Source: Chiloscyllium plagiosum
Taxonomy: Eukaryota
Direction of reading: 5' to 3'
NCBI RefSeq assembly: GCF_004010195.1
Contig: NC_057752.1
Span: 5,783,055-5,823,319, forward strand
Length of the DNA stretch: 40,265 bases
This document shows positions 20,837-34,857 of the stretch, in pieces (the first letter of the stretch is position 1; each line of letters starts with the position of its first letter). The notes under the pieces were generated by a model. The model saw only the letters and a list, made by a program, of their open reading frames with translations, was not told where the DNA came from and ran no database searches. The translations under genes were made by a program, and so were the position numbers.

Positions 20837-22528
20837 CATTTTGTGGGCTGACTGCCATGGGAATGCAATGTACCCACAAACATACTATGTCACTAAGCCT
20901 CTGAAATTTCTCTGTCGCTCCAACTCTGGCATCCTATGCATTCCTGGTTTCCTTCACCTCACCATAGGCCATCATTCTTTCAGCTGCCTCATTCCCAAAC
21001 TCCAGAATTCCCTCCCTCCCCCGCCTTCAGAATATACCTCTGTCTGAAATTTTGGCCACCTTCCCTGACCTCTCCACATGAGGCTCAATGTCAAATTCTG
21101 TCTGAGTGCTCTCATGTGCAGCACTCTGGGATTCTTCACTACCTTAAAGGTGCTACCTAAATGTGACTTGTTGTTTTGCTAATGACTGATAGAAGAGTGT
21201 TGTGCCTTGAAGCTGTCAAGACCAATAAAGATTCTGGTATAGCTAATTATACCAAACCAGACATCTCAACCATGTGCAACTTGGCTGAGGAACTGGAGGC
21301 AATGTGCCGAACAACAGCTCATATTCAGAGAGTACAGAAAAAGTTAGGTGTGACAATTTGAGTGGGATATATCATGCTGTCATAGGTGCAATCCTGTTGG
21401 TTACTCAGTGTCTTTTGAAGTTGAAAATATTATTGTTCTCTCACATTTGCAAAGTAATTTATTATAGATATACAGCTATTTGCTTTCATACATTTTGATG
21501 CAGCAAGCTGATGCCCCTCTGCTGCGACCTCAGCCCACTTTGATTGCACTTTTGCAGAAAAAGTGATATGCACCGAATGGATAGGTTCCAATCAATGTAA
21601 AAACTCTTCCCAGAGAGGAGAGATGTGAACAATCTGGAATGCAGTGCCTGACAGTGTGGCAGAGGTGGAGCCAATCAAGCCATTCACAAGGGATTTGGAT
21701 CATTATATGAAAAGATTTGTAGGAAGTGGGTTGGTGAGGTGCTCATACAGAGACCAACGTGGACATGGCCTCCCTCTGTGCTTATAACTATTCTGCTATT
21801 CTCTCAAGGTAGTGGAGCCTGGAATTCTCACTACATAAATCTCAACTAAAAAAGGTCAAACCCAGTACACAGGAAATGTCTCATTTGAATGAAAATCGTG
21901 AAATTATTATTGAAGTGGGGGACTGATTCTGTTTCTGATCATAGTTCAATATTCTTCGAGCGCAATTAAGATGTATAAACCATTGCACTTCCATAGTTTT
22001 AAGGGTTGACTCTTATACCCCTGAATATTGTGTTGAAATGTACGGATTCTGAAGTGGAACGAAGGACATCAGATTATACAGTGAACCATGGGCTCATTAC
22101 TGTTGTTTCAAGCTGCACTCTTTGGTGTTAATGCTCTACCGCCACAGTCTTAAAATGAGTCTTTATGAAATCTATTCTCACTTTGGTGCTGCATTTGAAA
22201 CTTGTTCTTCTAACTTACATAGGATGATGTAACGTGAGGTGCTTTCCTTCCCATCCCCTGCTCCTCTCAACACCATGATTCACACAAAGCTTTTCAGTAT
22301 AATTTTTAGCCATGAAATAGAACATTGCTATGTCTCACTTTCATGGCAGTTCATCTTTATCATGACAGAATGTTATCATTCATTGTTTCATTTTAAATGA
22401 AAATATCTCCAGAAACCTGAGCCTTGGAATTTGAAAATGACATCCTGAAACTAGACATAGCTGAGAATAGCTGGCCAGAAACATTCCCGGTACATACACA
22501 AACACAGATGACCTCTCTGCAGATCAGA

Positions 22529-22805
22529 GATTAGATTAGATTCCTTACAGTGTGGAAACAGGCCCTTCAGCCCAACCAGTCCACACCGACCCTCCGAAGA
22601 GTAACCCACCCAGACCCATTTCCCTCTGACTAATGCACCTAACACTATGGGCAATTTAACATGGCCAATTCACCTGGCCGGCACATCTTTGGACTGTGGG
22701 AGGAAACCAAAGCACCTGGAGCAAACCCATGCAGACACAGGGAGAATGTGCAAACTCCACACAGTCACCCGAGGGTGGAATCGAACCTGGGACACCGTGC
22801 TGCCC
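22529..22805 (-). mobile_element. HE1-like V-SINE
   Basis: (attag)n tail, acagtgtggaaacaggcccttc, and the V-domain ggactgtgggaggaaacc..agcacc.gga..aaaccca.gcagacac. Confidence 0.9.
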
Positions 22806-23199
22806 CCTGTTAAATACATAATGCACAACCATACATTTCCTGAGTACTGTGTTCTTCCAGAATATTATGACATACAGCAGTGAGGAGCCTTTGGAGTTTA
22901 GGCCTTACACAACTGTGCAAAATCTCTGCTATGCTCCAGATGCCAATTAGATTTTCAACATCTATGTTAATTAATGTTTCATCCACACATTGGATGAAAC
23001 TACCATTGACTTTCAATTCAGTTCAGTTAACTGATGGTTTGCCAAGACTTACAGGGAGATATTTAAACTATTGCTCAATTGGGATTCTTTAAAATAAATG
23101 CTTCACTTATCGCTGGAGTTTTCCTCTTTATCAGGGGGCCTCTGAACTCTCCTCCATAAAAGTAATTACCTTCTTCCCTCACCTTAACTACCCTCCTCA

Positions 23200-23800
23200 T
23201 ACCCACTCTCACACTGGCATTCACTCACAGACACGCACATATGCACACACATGTTCTCACTCACAATCCTATACACACTCACTAATGCACACTTGCAGAT
23301 GCATACACTCAGACATATACATTCACACACACACATACCTGCACATAATCACCCTACCCCACACATACGCACACATACACATATACACACTCCCAACCAT
23401 ACACATAAATGCACTCACTCACATATACACATGAGCACTCAAACACCCACACATATACATGCACACCCACTCACACATACTGACTCATGACGTACACACA
23501 CACACACATACGCACACATATATTCAACATACCAACACAAACATACTCACACACCCACACACAGAAACACATACTCAAATACAAATGCGCACACACTCAG
23601 ACACCTTTTTATATACATTCTCACATGTACGTAAATACATATACTCAATGCACATGCAGAAGCACACACACAAATGCACACTCACAGTCTCACACACACG
23701 CGCACACACATGTACACACTCCCAAACCCGCATTCTCATACACGCATGCACATGTGGACATATTCACGCACACAAATGTATACATACACATATACATACA
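23200..23800. repeat. Long degenerate (CA)n tract (~600 bp)
   Basis: CA/TA-rich low-complexity sequence. It is the source of the His/Thr-rich spurious ORFs. Confidence 0.95.
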
Positions 23801-23915
23801 GGGAGAAAGTGAGGACTGCAGATGCTGGAGATCAGAGTCAAGAGTGTGATGCTGGAAAAGCACAGCAGCCAGGCAGCATCCGAGGAGCAGGAAAATCAAT
23901 GTTTCGGGCATAAGC
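23801..23915 (-). mobile_element. Short Penelope-derived terminal-repeat element
   Basis: ggagaaagtgaggactgcagatgctggagatcagagtcaa...cagcatccgaggagcagga...gtttcgggcataagc is the reverse complement of 34858-34990. Confidence 0.75.
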
Positions 23916-25464
23916 ATGATGAAGGGTTGCAGAGGCACTGTGAAAATACACATTCACAGAATCTTTCCATATACAGAAAGGCATAGGTATTGGCAAGAAA
24001 GTTGGGAAAATAGGGAGAGATTGGCAGTAAGGAGCTTCTTGACATCGAGTCACGTGCATGGCTGGGCATGAAAGATTGCACTAGAGCCAGGAATCCTGGG
24101 AGATTGCAGCAGTGTGCCACATTTCCACCTGTGGCAAGTGGGAAACCATGATGAGCAGGGAACCATAGGGCATGTGGGAGAAAACTCACTCATCAAAATT
24201 GACACCACCAATTTCTGGTAAAACTCAGTCCATAGTTTTGGCTGTAAGCCACTGTTTTATGATATTTAGTTGTCAAAATCTACCCTTAATGATGATTGTG
24301 TCATTACTTTTATTGCCATGATGCTAAGCATCTGCAGGAACTTGCCATTTTCAACCTATTTAAATCAAATAGTTGTTTGGTAGTACACAATTTAAGTATT
24401 GCTGAAAAAAGACACATTTTTGTCAAAGTTATTTGTCTTGCATGCATCAGGACAATTCACAAGAATACCAGTTCAAGGGGCAACCCAACATTTATATTGC
24501 ATGAGAGGAGGGTGCTGGTTGGTTAGCAAGTGAACTCCAGTTGGTAGAGACATTGCCCATGGAGAATGTACTTATTAATAATGACTGACAATTAACAGCA
24601 CCGCTTTGTTTAAATTTTAAATCAGGCTCTGATTGACACTGATTGGTCAGGGCATTGCTTTGAGAAATAAACCAGCAAAGGGTGTTGCCTATCTCATTGA
24701 CTTGAAATAGGTGCTGTGTGTGTATGTGTATGTATATACTTTGTTTCTACAAAGAACACGGCATTGTATATTAATATATATCACTTCCAATACACACAAG
24801 TGTACCACACAATGAGCCTAACTGACAATCCTAAATTTGTTGTCAGTGTAATACTTCGCACAATCAGGATTATCCAGCAAATGTTGTCTAATTTCAGAAT
24901 TACATCAAATGTTAGGCATTGTGTTGCAGGTTTTTCAAGTGTGGTTTGGATACAGTCAGTATCTTGCTTGTGGCAATCAGCCAAAGTGCCATGCTGTCTG
25001 ATGTAATCCATTAGTCTCTAGGATGTATGGCCTACTTACCTAGCATTACACCAGTACTCAAGTTCATATATTACATTACCCATTGGTGTGATTTTAGTCT
25101 TGATGGCAGCATCCTGTCGGTGGTGAATCCCACTCGTGTTGCTGATGCATAATAACAGAATGAAACAGCTTCACCTGTTGCTCAAACATTTTCCAGGGAC
25201 GTCCAAGGTAGGCTGGGCACTTCTGAGCACCGAGAGAGACTGCCTTAGGTCCTTTCATGAGCATGTACAATGTACAGGATCAGGATCACCAATGTCCCAT
25301 AGGATGCGCCGTATTTTGACATCAAGCTTGCACAGTGAATTAATAGCTTGGGCCTTATTTGCGAGGTTGTCAATGACACAAACTTTCAGTCATAAGCTAA
25401 ATAAATACCATATGGTTTGTGAAATCTTTGATTAACCTTAGATTTATTTTAAAATGCATGTCAG

Positions 25465-25761
25465 TTGGTTAACTCAGTTGCCTGGACAACAGGTTTACAA
25501 TGCTTTCCTGATGAAGGGTTCCTGCCCGAAACGGCGATTTGCCTGACCTGCTGTGCTTTTCCAGCACCACTCTAATCTTTACAACACAGACTGATACTAA
25601 CAGTGTAGGTTCAATTCCTGTACTAACTGAGATTATTATGAAGGATTCTCTCCTCACTTGAGGCATGGTAATCCTCTGGTTAAACCACCACCAGTCATCT
25701 CTCTCTAATGAGAGTGTAGCCCTATGGTCTGGTAGGACTGTGGCAACTTTACCTTTACTTT
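25465..25761 (+). mobile_element. tRNA-derived SINE interrupted by a ~75-bp hammerhead-bearing insert
   Basis: A-box-like ttaactcagttg and B box ggttcaattcc, with an (acttt)n-like tail. The insert at ~25504-25577 is flanked by TTTACAA repeats. Confidence 0.6.
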
Positions 25762-26865
25762 AAACATTGTACTGTGTTAAAGTCCAATGACAATTTGGTG
25801 TCACTGCAACACAAAAAAAATCCTTTTGAATATTTTGAAGGGGTTACAGGTCATGGGTGGAAGTAGTTAGCTAATGGGCATCCAGGGTCATTAACAAGAC
25901 CCACAACACTCACCAACTCCATGCTAGACAGGATAACACAAACTAAGCTTCAGAAAGAAGGCTGTTTTAGTCATCAATTACCACACTAGACAATTGTTTC
26001 GCTGATGGTCAATTGTAGAAATGAGCCATTTATAACGTACCTGGCAGTACATTAACATACATTGACTGTTATACATGAATATGCTGGTTTTATATCAACC
26101 TAAATGATTGCATGTATACCAATGACAAGTGAGCATTAATTAGATTTAAAACGTATATACCTACAGGGATATGTTCAGTGTCTATACCAAGGTTATTTGT
26201 CACTGAATGTGAAAGTTACTTTAGGCAAGAAACATCAATTCGTTCATAGATAGGTGAGGCATATTGGATTGTGCAAGTCAAAAAATACAAAGTGACAAAT
26301 TCCATGTGTAATGGTTTTTACTTTAAATTATTCTGTCAATAGTATGAGTTCATTTTGTTACAGAACCACTTCTAACGTAACAAGAGCTGCTGCAATGCAG
26401 AGATCATGCCAATGCATTTATCCATTTTTATTACTGGATTCCACTTGTTTGTCAGAGATTTTTGTCCATCATCCTGACAATCCTGTTTGCATGGATTCTG
26501 GGAAATTAGATATGTGAATAGCTTGGCCTGGAGCTGATTAAAACTTCAATCTCTGACACTTTGGTACAATGCAAAAAGATGTGTACATGAACATGCTAAA
26601 ACTGACAGGCACACACATTCTTCCCTTCAATTACTTTCCATGTTGACATTTAAAGAGGCATCAAATCATGAAGGATAAGATTTTGGTTAAGATGGCAAAC
26701 GATTTAAAAAATAGATTAGTGTTGACAAGGCAGTGCTGGACCCAATTTGCTCAAATTGTGTTAAAAAAGAATAAACTGCTGAACAGCAAAATACTATCTC
26801 TTGGTTCACATTGAAACTTTAATATAAATTAAGGTATTTAAGCCTGTCAGCATTTAATAGTCCAT

Positions 26866-26981
26866 AGTTATAGTTGTATTGGAAATCACAAGCTTTCAGA
26901 CCTTAGCCCCTTCATCAGGTGAACCTGTGGTTGTGTGACTTCTGACTTTGTCCACCCCAGTCCAACACTGGCACTTCCACA
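26866..26981 (-). mobile_element. Internally deleted Penelope-derived element with hammerhead core
   Basis: Minus strand 26921-26887 reads CAC-CTGATGA-AGGGGC-TAAG-GTCT-GAAA-GC-TT-GTG. The terminus (atgtggaagtgccagtgttggactggggtggacaaagtcagaagtc) is shared with 35125-35240 and related to 5303-5640. Confidence 0.72.
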
Positions 26982-28177
26982 TACTGGGGAAAAAGCAGGG
27001 AAGTGGGATTAAATGGATCGAATGGCCTCTTCTTGTGATGTATGATTCTGTGATTCTACTCAACACCAGAACAACAAAGTCTTGTGGAAATTTGACGTAA
27101 GTGCTCAAAATTCTGCAATGCAAAATTCTGTTTACAGCATAAAAGGTTCTGATGATAATGGGAAAGGATGCGTCAATTCAGTACTACTGTGTGGAGATTA
27201 GTGGAAATACTCACATGTAGAAAGAAGTCAGAATCTGAGACATTACAATTGTAATACCCACCAAAACTAAGTCAATGAATTAGAAACACAGACACAGAGA
27301 ATGCTGGAGAAACTTAGTAAATCAGGCAGCCATTGTGGTGACAGAAGTAAAGTTAATGTTTCAAGTCTGGTATGGCTCTTCTTCAAAATATTTTGCACGT
27401 ATTTCAATGAACTAGATAAATACTTGAAGTGCAAAATGGTTATTAATGGTAATAAAAGAATTTAGAACAAAACAAATACAGGAAAAGAGCAGGAAAATGG
27501 GATGGGATGCCAAAAGCAGAATGGGATGAATGTTCTACAACTTTTATGATTCTATAAATTACATTAAACATCAGTGTGAAACAATTTATGGGTAATTGCT
27601 GAACAGAGATGTGTCACAGAATCAATTCAATTTGCACTTAACAGATCATACATGAGAATGTCAATTTTCAAATCATCACAATAATTTATAACACATGAAA
27701 AAGGGGCACTGATTGGTTGACAGAATGTCTACTGTTAGATGTAATTTTGCAATGTGTAGAACTTGTTGAGCAATCCAGGATGTGCTCATAGCTACACTGA
27801 CAACCAATTTAGGATAATCAGTCAAGCTTGTAACATGGTTAATTTATCATTCCAGAGTGGCATATGTTCATATGTGGGATCTGTTCTCTGCAAACAAAGG
27901 TTCAAATCCAGGTTCAAATTTTGCAGCTTTTTTGAATTACTTGGGACGTTGGGGAGCCTATGGTTTCCTGTTGCTCTCTACATTGCTGTGCTTCAGCCAA
28001 TCAGCTTCCTTTTGTCTTGGAGACTAAATTGTTGTGCTTGTTTGAGATGTGTCATTCTTGTAGTTGTCCTGATGAGTGTAAAACAAAAAGCCTTGGTAAC
28101 ATGTCTCTACTTTCAGTAATCTTCTATAAATTGTTTCACATTGATCTTTACTTAATCTTTCTAGACTCTACAATATG

Positions 28178-28590
28178 AGCTGTGTCTCAGTGGGGAGCAC
28201 TCTCGCCTCTGGGCCTGAAGGTTATGGGTTTCAGTCTCACTCCAGAGACTTGAGCACATTACCTAGGCTGATGTTCCAGTGTGCTACTGAGGGAGTACTG
28301 TACTGTCTGAGGTATGCTCTAAGTTAAATATTATACCAAGGCACTTTCTGCTCTAAGGCGAACACCAAAGGTTCCTTGGCACTACTTTGAAGAAGAACAG
28401 GTGAGTTGTTCCCAGTGTCATGGTCACAACTAAAAGCAGTTTATCTGCCCATTTATTGAGTGGCATTTGTGGGATCTTGCTGTGTACAGTGTGGCCTCTG
28501 CCTTTCTTACATTGCTGCAGTAACTACACTTCAGAAATACATCATTGGCTGTGGTAGACTTGTCTGGGGTCATGATAGATGCTATACACT
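28178..28590 (+). mobile_element. Deu-domain SINE (SacSINE1/AmnSINE1-like), near full length, old
   Basis: tRNA-like head (ctcagtggggagcactctcgcctctg...gggtttcagtctcactcc), then ggcactactttgaagaagaacagg...gtgggatcttgctgtg. Confidence 0.78.
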
Positions 28591-29289
28591 AAAAACATAC
28601 AGCTCTGTTTAAACTATATTGATACTGCCACAATGTTGGGGAGTTACCAAGGAAGACAAACAGGCCAAAGGGCAAATAGCATAAGATGGAAAGTCAGTTG
28701 GTGCATTGAAGTTTTTATTGATTTAGCCTTGTTCAGGGACAAATCAAGGAGCATTCCCTTGTGAATTGAACTGCGTTGGGTTGAAGTAAAGTTTGAGCAG
28801 ATTGTGAAGGGAATACATTTGATGAGCCAAATGACCTTTCACTTATTGTTTTTTCTGTTCTTATGATTTTTGAGGTTCAATGATCCATATGATGAGTTCC
28901 TGATTTCCTGCTGCAGGCCTTTTAATTTAAAAGAAAGCCTCGCCAGCAGATTTCCATTGATCAGCAACCGAAGATTGTTACTAAATATCACAGAATGTTA
29001 ACCTTCATCCCACATTCTCAAAATGAGAACTCATTAAACTAACAAGGGGTGGGGAGGATTTTCTCCATGCAATCGATGTAAAGCAACTTTAACTATTCTT
29101 TATCAATATTTTTTTGTGATTTTGCCATACCATGTGCTCTGAAGAAATCCTTTCTTTATTGTTTGTGCACTTCTAGTCTTATTGTCAAACGTTTCTTGTA
29201 TACGATAAGGTAAAGGTACAGGGAAGGGTAAAGAGAATGCAGTCCCATCTTTCCCTCAACATCTTTTCCAAAACTGACAGGAATACCAA

Positions 29290-29515
29290 CTGGAAGGTCC
29301 CCTCCAAGCCACACGCGCCATCCTAGCTTAGAAATCTATTGCCATTCCTTCACTGATGCCGTCCTGGAACTTCCTCTCTGCACCTACAGGCCAAGGACTG
29401 CAGCACTTCAAGGAGCTGGCTAACAACTATCTCCTCCAGGGCAATTAGGGATGGGTCATAAATGCTGGTTTACCCAGTGACAGTCACATCCCATGAAAGA
29501 ATTGAAAAAAAAAGA
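29290..29515 (+). mobile_element. LINE 3' end (putative partner of the 18828-type SINE)
   Basis: ggactgcagcacttcaagg...gggcaattagggatggg.cataaatgctgg...cacatcccatgaaagaattgaaaaaaaa with an A-rich end. Related sequence is on the minus strand at 30640-30940. Confidence 0.65.
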
Positions 29516-30244
29516 AAACGGTCCCTTAATTATTCACCAATTAAAGGCAAAGTAACTGTATATCCTTGGGTTTGCAAGGAGAAATGGTTCTTAATCTTGG
29601 ATCATGTTATTGCAGTTCAGAAAACTAGCTGTTAAAAAAAGAGAATGAAAAGCTGATCTTTACATAATTCTATAAGAATTTACTTACAGAGATTCATTTT
29701 ATAAGCATTCATGTCCTCACCAAACAGCCCCAGTTTCAGTCAGTTCTATTTATATGGCACATGTGCAGCCCCAATTCATGTCCATTGCTTGCATACAATG
29801 ATATACAATGGGTGCATGCTCTTGCCAGGTAACGTTGATCCCATTTAGTTTCAGGGACAGATGTTCAGTCATTGGATTATCCCTTTCTTAAGTGAAAATG
29901 TTTGACCCTCAAGCTTGAACATTATCTGAAAGGACTGAGAACGAAAGTGAATATCAACCTTTATTTGTGACCTTGAAAAGTGACACTCCACATGACATGG
30001 CTGCTACAACATATATCTTGAGATATACAATTGTGAGATCACATGCTAATTATAGAAGAGGAAGGTTATTTAACTCTTATTAATTCATCTAGTCAAGGTG
30101 GTCTGAACATTCCCCCATTATGACATCAAAACCTTTTCTTAAATAATTTTGTTTCCACTATTCTGCCTGGAAGTATACGGCCCACAACGATCATTTTCTT
30201 TGTGAGCAATTTTCGGATATCAGTTCAAAATATTTTTCTACTCA

Positions 30245-30560
30245 GTTCATGTGCATCACTGGCTAAGCCAACATTTATTGCTCATCCCTAATTATCCAGA
30301 AGGCAGTTGAGAGTCAAGCATATTGTTGTGGGTCTAGAGTCACATTTAGGCCAGAACAGGTGAGGATGGCAGATTTCCATCCCTAAAGGACATTTGTGAA
30401 CCAGATAGGTTTTATGACAATTGATCATTAGACTAGCTTCTTATTGAATTCAGATGTCAGCATCTGCCATGGTGGGATTTGAACCCATATCCCCAGAACA
30501 TTAACCTGGAGCTTTGGATTACTAGGGCTATTGACTTTGCAATCACATGACCACCACATG
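30245..30560 (-). mobile_element. tRNA-derived SINE (family of 18828-19165)
   Basis: catctgccatggtgggatttgaaccc (B box on the minus strand), and a body matching 18828-19165. Confidence 0.75.
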
Positions 30561-30940
30561 CCTTTAACTTACTTTTCATCAGTTTGTTTGTGTCTGTTAG
30601 GTCTATGCAGTTTAATTCCAGTCATTATTCTATTTCCTCTTGGGATGTGAGTGTTCCTGGCAAAGTAGTCACTTATTGTCCATCCCCAGTTACCCAGCAG
30701 GAGCTGGTGTTAATGGATGTTCTTCTCTAACTGCTCCGTTCTTAGACACTGAGTTCCAAGATATTGACTGAGCTGTAGTAAAGAAATGGTGACATATTTC
30801 CAAATTAGGATGGTGTGTTACTGGAGATAAACCAGGAGCTGGCTGTATCGTCACAACATTGCCACTTGTCCTTCCCAATGGCTGCAGGTGAGGGAAGTGC
30901 TTTTGAAGTAACCTTGTTGATTTGCAGCAGTGCATTTTGT

Positions 30941-31793
30941 CATAGAGTCATAGAGATGTACAGCATGGAAACAGATCCTTCGGTCTGACTCGTCCATGCC
31001 GACCAGCTATCCCAACCTAATATCTCTCCAAACGCTTCCTATTCATATATCCATCCAGATACCTTTTAAATGTTGCAATTGTACCAGCCTCCACCACTTC
31101 CTCTGTAAGCTCATTCTATACACGTACCACCCTCTGTGTGAAAACATTGGCCTTAGGTTACTTTTATATCTTTCCCCTCTCACCCTAAATCTATGCCCTT
31201 GAGTTCTGGACTCCCCCACCCTAGAGAAAAGACTTTGTCTATTTACCCTATTCATGCCCTTCATGATTTTATAAACCTCTTTAAGATCACCCCTCAGCCT
31301 CCGACGCTCCAGGGAAAGCAGCCCCAGCCTATTCAACCTCTCCCTGTAGTTCAAATCCTCCAACCCTGGCAACATTCTTGTAAATCTTTTCTGAACCCTT
31401 TCAAGTTTCACAACATCCTTCCAGTAGGAAGGAGACCAGAATTGCACGCAACAGTGGCCTAACCAATGTCCTGTACAACCACAACATGACCTCCCAACCC
31501 CTGTACTCAATACTCTGACCAATAAAGGAAAGCATACCAAATGCCTTCTTCACTATCCTATCTACCTGCGACTCTACTTTCAAGGAGCTTTGAACCTGCA
31601 CTCCAAGGTCTCTTTGTTCAGCAACACTCCCGAGGACCTTACCATTAAGTGTATAAGTCCTGCTAAGATTTGCTTTCCCAAAATGCAGCACCTCGCATTT
31701 ATCTGAATTGAACTCCTCAGCCCACTGGCCCATCTGATCAAGATCCTGTTGTAATCTGAGGTAAACATATTTGCTGTCCACTATACCTCCAAT
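30941..31793 (-). mobile_element. CR1-like LINE 3' fragment (young family), inserted in an older LINE relic (30640-30940, 31795-32075)
   Basis: Minus ORFs LQQDLDQMGQWAE..FNSDKCEVLHFG...RDLGVQV...LYRTLVRP and CVQFWSP...LERVQKRFTRMLPGLE...RRLRGDL.EVYKIM. Tail catagagtcatagag at 30941. Confidence 0.95.
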
Positions 31794-32149
31794 TGGCTAA
31801 TGGTAACCTTCAAGTCATTGCTAATGGGAAACTTACTGATGGCAGAGCCATTAAAGGACAAGGTAGTGGCTGACTGTCCGCTTGCTTGAGACGATCTGGC
31901 ATGGCCACCTGCATTATGAATGCTCCCTGCCATTTGTCAGCCCAATCTTGGATGTCATCTGGGTCCTGATATGCGCTACTCCATTAATGAATAATCACAA
32001 TCATCAGTGAACAGCCTCACCCTAAGCCTTGTCACGTATGGAAAGTCACTGAAGCCGTTGCACTTGGTTAGGAAAGATGGATGTTTTCTATAGTCTGAGC
32101 AATCTTATAAGTCTCAAGAAGACCATCTCTCAGTGGGCTTCATTTCAGG

Positions 32150-32920
32150 TTGTCTCCAGTCGGAAAAGGCAAAGTTGTTCATTTTGGAAGGGAAAACAAA
32201 ACAGCATATTATTTAAATGGAGAAAAACTGCAGAAAGCTACAACACAAAGGGACTTGGGGGAACTTGTGCATGAATCACAGAAAGCTAGCACACATGTAC
32301 AGCAGGTCATCAGGAAGGTTAATGGATCATTGCCCCATATTTCAAGGGAGTTGGTTTATAAGAGTAACTCAACTGTATGAGGTGCTGCTGAGACCATATC
32401 AGGAGTACTGTGAGCAGTTTATGCCCCTTATATGTAGAAAGACATAATTACATTGGAGGCAGTTCAAAGAAGGTTCACTAGGATGAGCCCCTGAGTGGAG
32501 GGATTGTATTATGAGCAAAGGCTAAACAGGTTGGGTCTCTACTTATTGGAATTTAGAAGAATGAAAGGTAATCTCATTGAAACATGTGGGATTCTTAAGG
32601 GGCTTAACAGGGTAAATGCTGAGAGAATGGTTCCCCTCATAGGTGATGCTAGGACCAGGCGGCATAGTTTCAACATAAAGGGGAACCAATTTAAGACCGA
32701 GATGAAAAGGAATTTCTTCTCTCAGAGGCTTGTGAGTCTTCAGAACTGCACATTACAGTGAGCTGTGGTGGCAGAGCTCTTGTGTATATTTAAGGCTGAG
32801 ATGGGGAAAGGGTTAGAAAGTGGACCTGAGGAATGTTGGATCAGCCATGATCCTACTGAATGGTGGAGCAGGCTCAGGGGGCTAAATGGCCCACTCCTGT
32901 TCCTATTTCTTATGGTATTC
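32150..32920 (+). mobile_element. CR1-like LINE 3' fragment
   Basis: Translates to KVVHFGRENK..YYLNGEKLQ...QRDLG and RLNRLGLYLLEFRRMKGNLIE...FKTEMKRNFFSQR. Same subfamily as 13585-14660. Confidence 0.93.
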
Positions 32921-33203
32921 TGGTCATCACACTTGAGGGCTAAAGACATACCAATCCAGACGCACTGAGCGGTCAGTCACCAACCCATTTCAAATTGTAG
33001 AATGCCACTCTGACCCATCTCTGAAGCCCTTCAGTGATGTCCCCTCAGCCTCAATGACCAATGGTATAATGCATGGAAGAATTACAACATTTCAAATAGA
33101 CTCCAACCTGGATACAACCTGAAGGATCAAACCTTCCACCTCCAAAATAGTGAACAGCCAACAACTGTGTCTGGGCCAGCCGTGAGAGATGCTGATGATC
33201 ATT

Positions 33204-33562
33204 TTGAGCTTCAGATGATATCACAAACCATGAGTGCAAAAACACGGGCTATTTACAACTGCAATTTCAACAGGGATAAAATGACTGCCTCTAAGTCTCT
33301 TCACTTTACCCAAAGTTTGAAAATAACTAGTTATCTCCAGAGGCCTCACATCCAAGCAGTAAGATCAAATGTAGTCTTGAGGTTAGACACTAGAGGATAA
33401 TTGGGCTAGGGCAGTAGACATAATTGAGTCCTTATTTTGTATTTCCATTACATATCCCCAAGTGTAATGTAAACAGTCTATGTAAGCTCCTCACACTGTA
33501 ATTACAGCTCTCTCCAGTGGGGCACTGCTTCTTCTCACACCTCATGGTCTATGAGGCATGTG
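33204..33562 (+). repeat. Left arm of ~360-bp inverted repeat
   Basis: Reverse complement of 35533-35904. Both copies give the ORF-track peptide ELQMISQTMSAK.RAIYNC.FNRDKMTASKSLHF. Confidence 0.95.
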
Positions 33563-34857
33563 CTGCACCTACTTATGGGTTAAAATATAAAGTGTCTCCA
33601 TTGTGCAATTTCTGTGCTTTTAATCAGACCCTGAAGCACATCTTCATCACTGCACTCAGTAGCAGCCTGAAAAGCTATCTACCAAAGACTCTGATTGGAT
33701 ATCTTCGGTAATTATACTGGTGTTGCACTTTTAGCTACTAGGAGAAAGGTTCCATTTCAGCTCCTTTAGTTTGATCCTCCTCAGTCATATTCTACTCTTT
33801 GGCTACGCGTAGCTAAACATTCATGTTGTTCTTGTTGCTTTCTGCTGTCTATTGCTTGGACATGTTTTGCATTGAGTCGAGTCGGACTGCTCAGCCATTT
33901 CCTGCAACATCCTTAGCTATTATGACATCACTCCTGAATCAAGAGCAGAATAGGGAAACAAATCAGAGCACTGAAATGTCACTCAAGAAGACAAAGGAGC
34001 ATTCCTCAAATTAATCTCAGATGTCCCTCGGCTGAATTGCTGGAAGCTGGTTTATCAGGAAAAATGATATGCACCCTTTCATCTCCCACGGTTAGATTCA
34101 AAATTGACTGAGGAAGGATTATTGAGAAATATTCCTTCACAATAATTCATCTTTACTACAATTCCTATACATATTCTTCAGTATATTTCTCTTTTTCTTC
34201 CCAAATGTTGGTCAGCCAAAGTTAGAAAGCTTCATGACCTTCTGACTGATGTCTGAAATACATCCATGATCATTTTATTATAAGCATTACTTATTAACAA
34301 TGACTACACTGTATATGTTTACTGTAACCTCTTTCTGAATAATTGAACCATGATTTGGATCTGACTAAAGCTAGCTTTCCTGGTTTGATCATTGCCATTG
34401 CAAAATAAATCACGGGTGGCAACTGCAGGTTAAAAGGATTCAGAATGAACAAAAACTGAAAGCATCACAGAAAATGTCCAATCTGAATCTTGATATTTAT
34501 TTTAATTGACATTTTTACATGTGAATTGAAGGTGAATTGCTTCATCACGTGGTTGTACAAAACTTGAGTATCACTGAAGAAAGAGACAAGGTGTTGAAGC
34601 TTTTTACCTTGCACTCATCAGGACTGAGTTCTAAAGAGAAGTAATTATCTGCAAAAAATATTTACCATCCTCCCCCTGCCCACCATGACAATATCTAGTC
34701 TCGGATACTTGTTTCAGGTGTGAATAATCTTTTTTCCTTGAGACACAAAGTTCTTCCAATAATCAACTGATGAGGTTTTGATAAATGCAGAGTGGGAGTT
34801 CTTAATCTGTTACCCCATCTGCTGACTGAAGTAGACTAACTTTTAATTGTCAATTCC

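Noticed and set aside
23200..23953. His/Thr- and Cys/Val-rich ORFs (also at 878-1542)
   Set aside because: They are translations of CA/TG microsatellites.
33167..33400. Duplicated small protein gene (similar ORF at 35675-35935)
   Set aside because: The similarity is a by-product of the inverted repeat. Starts and ends differ and no coding signature is evident.
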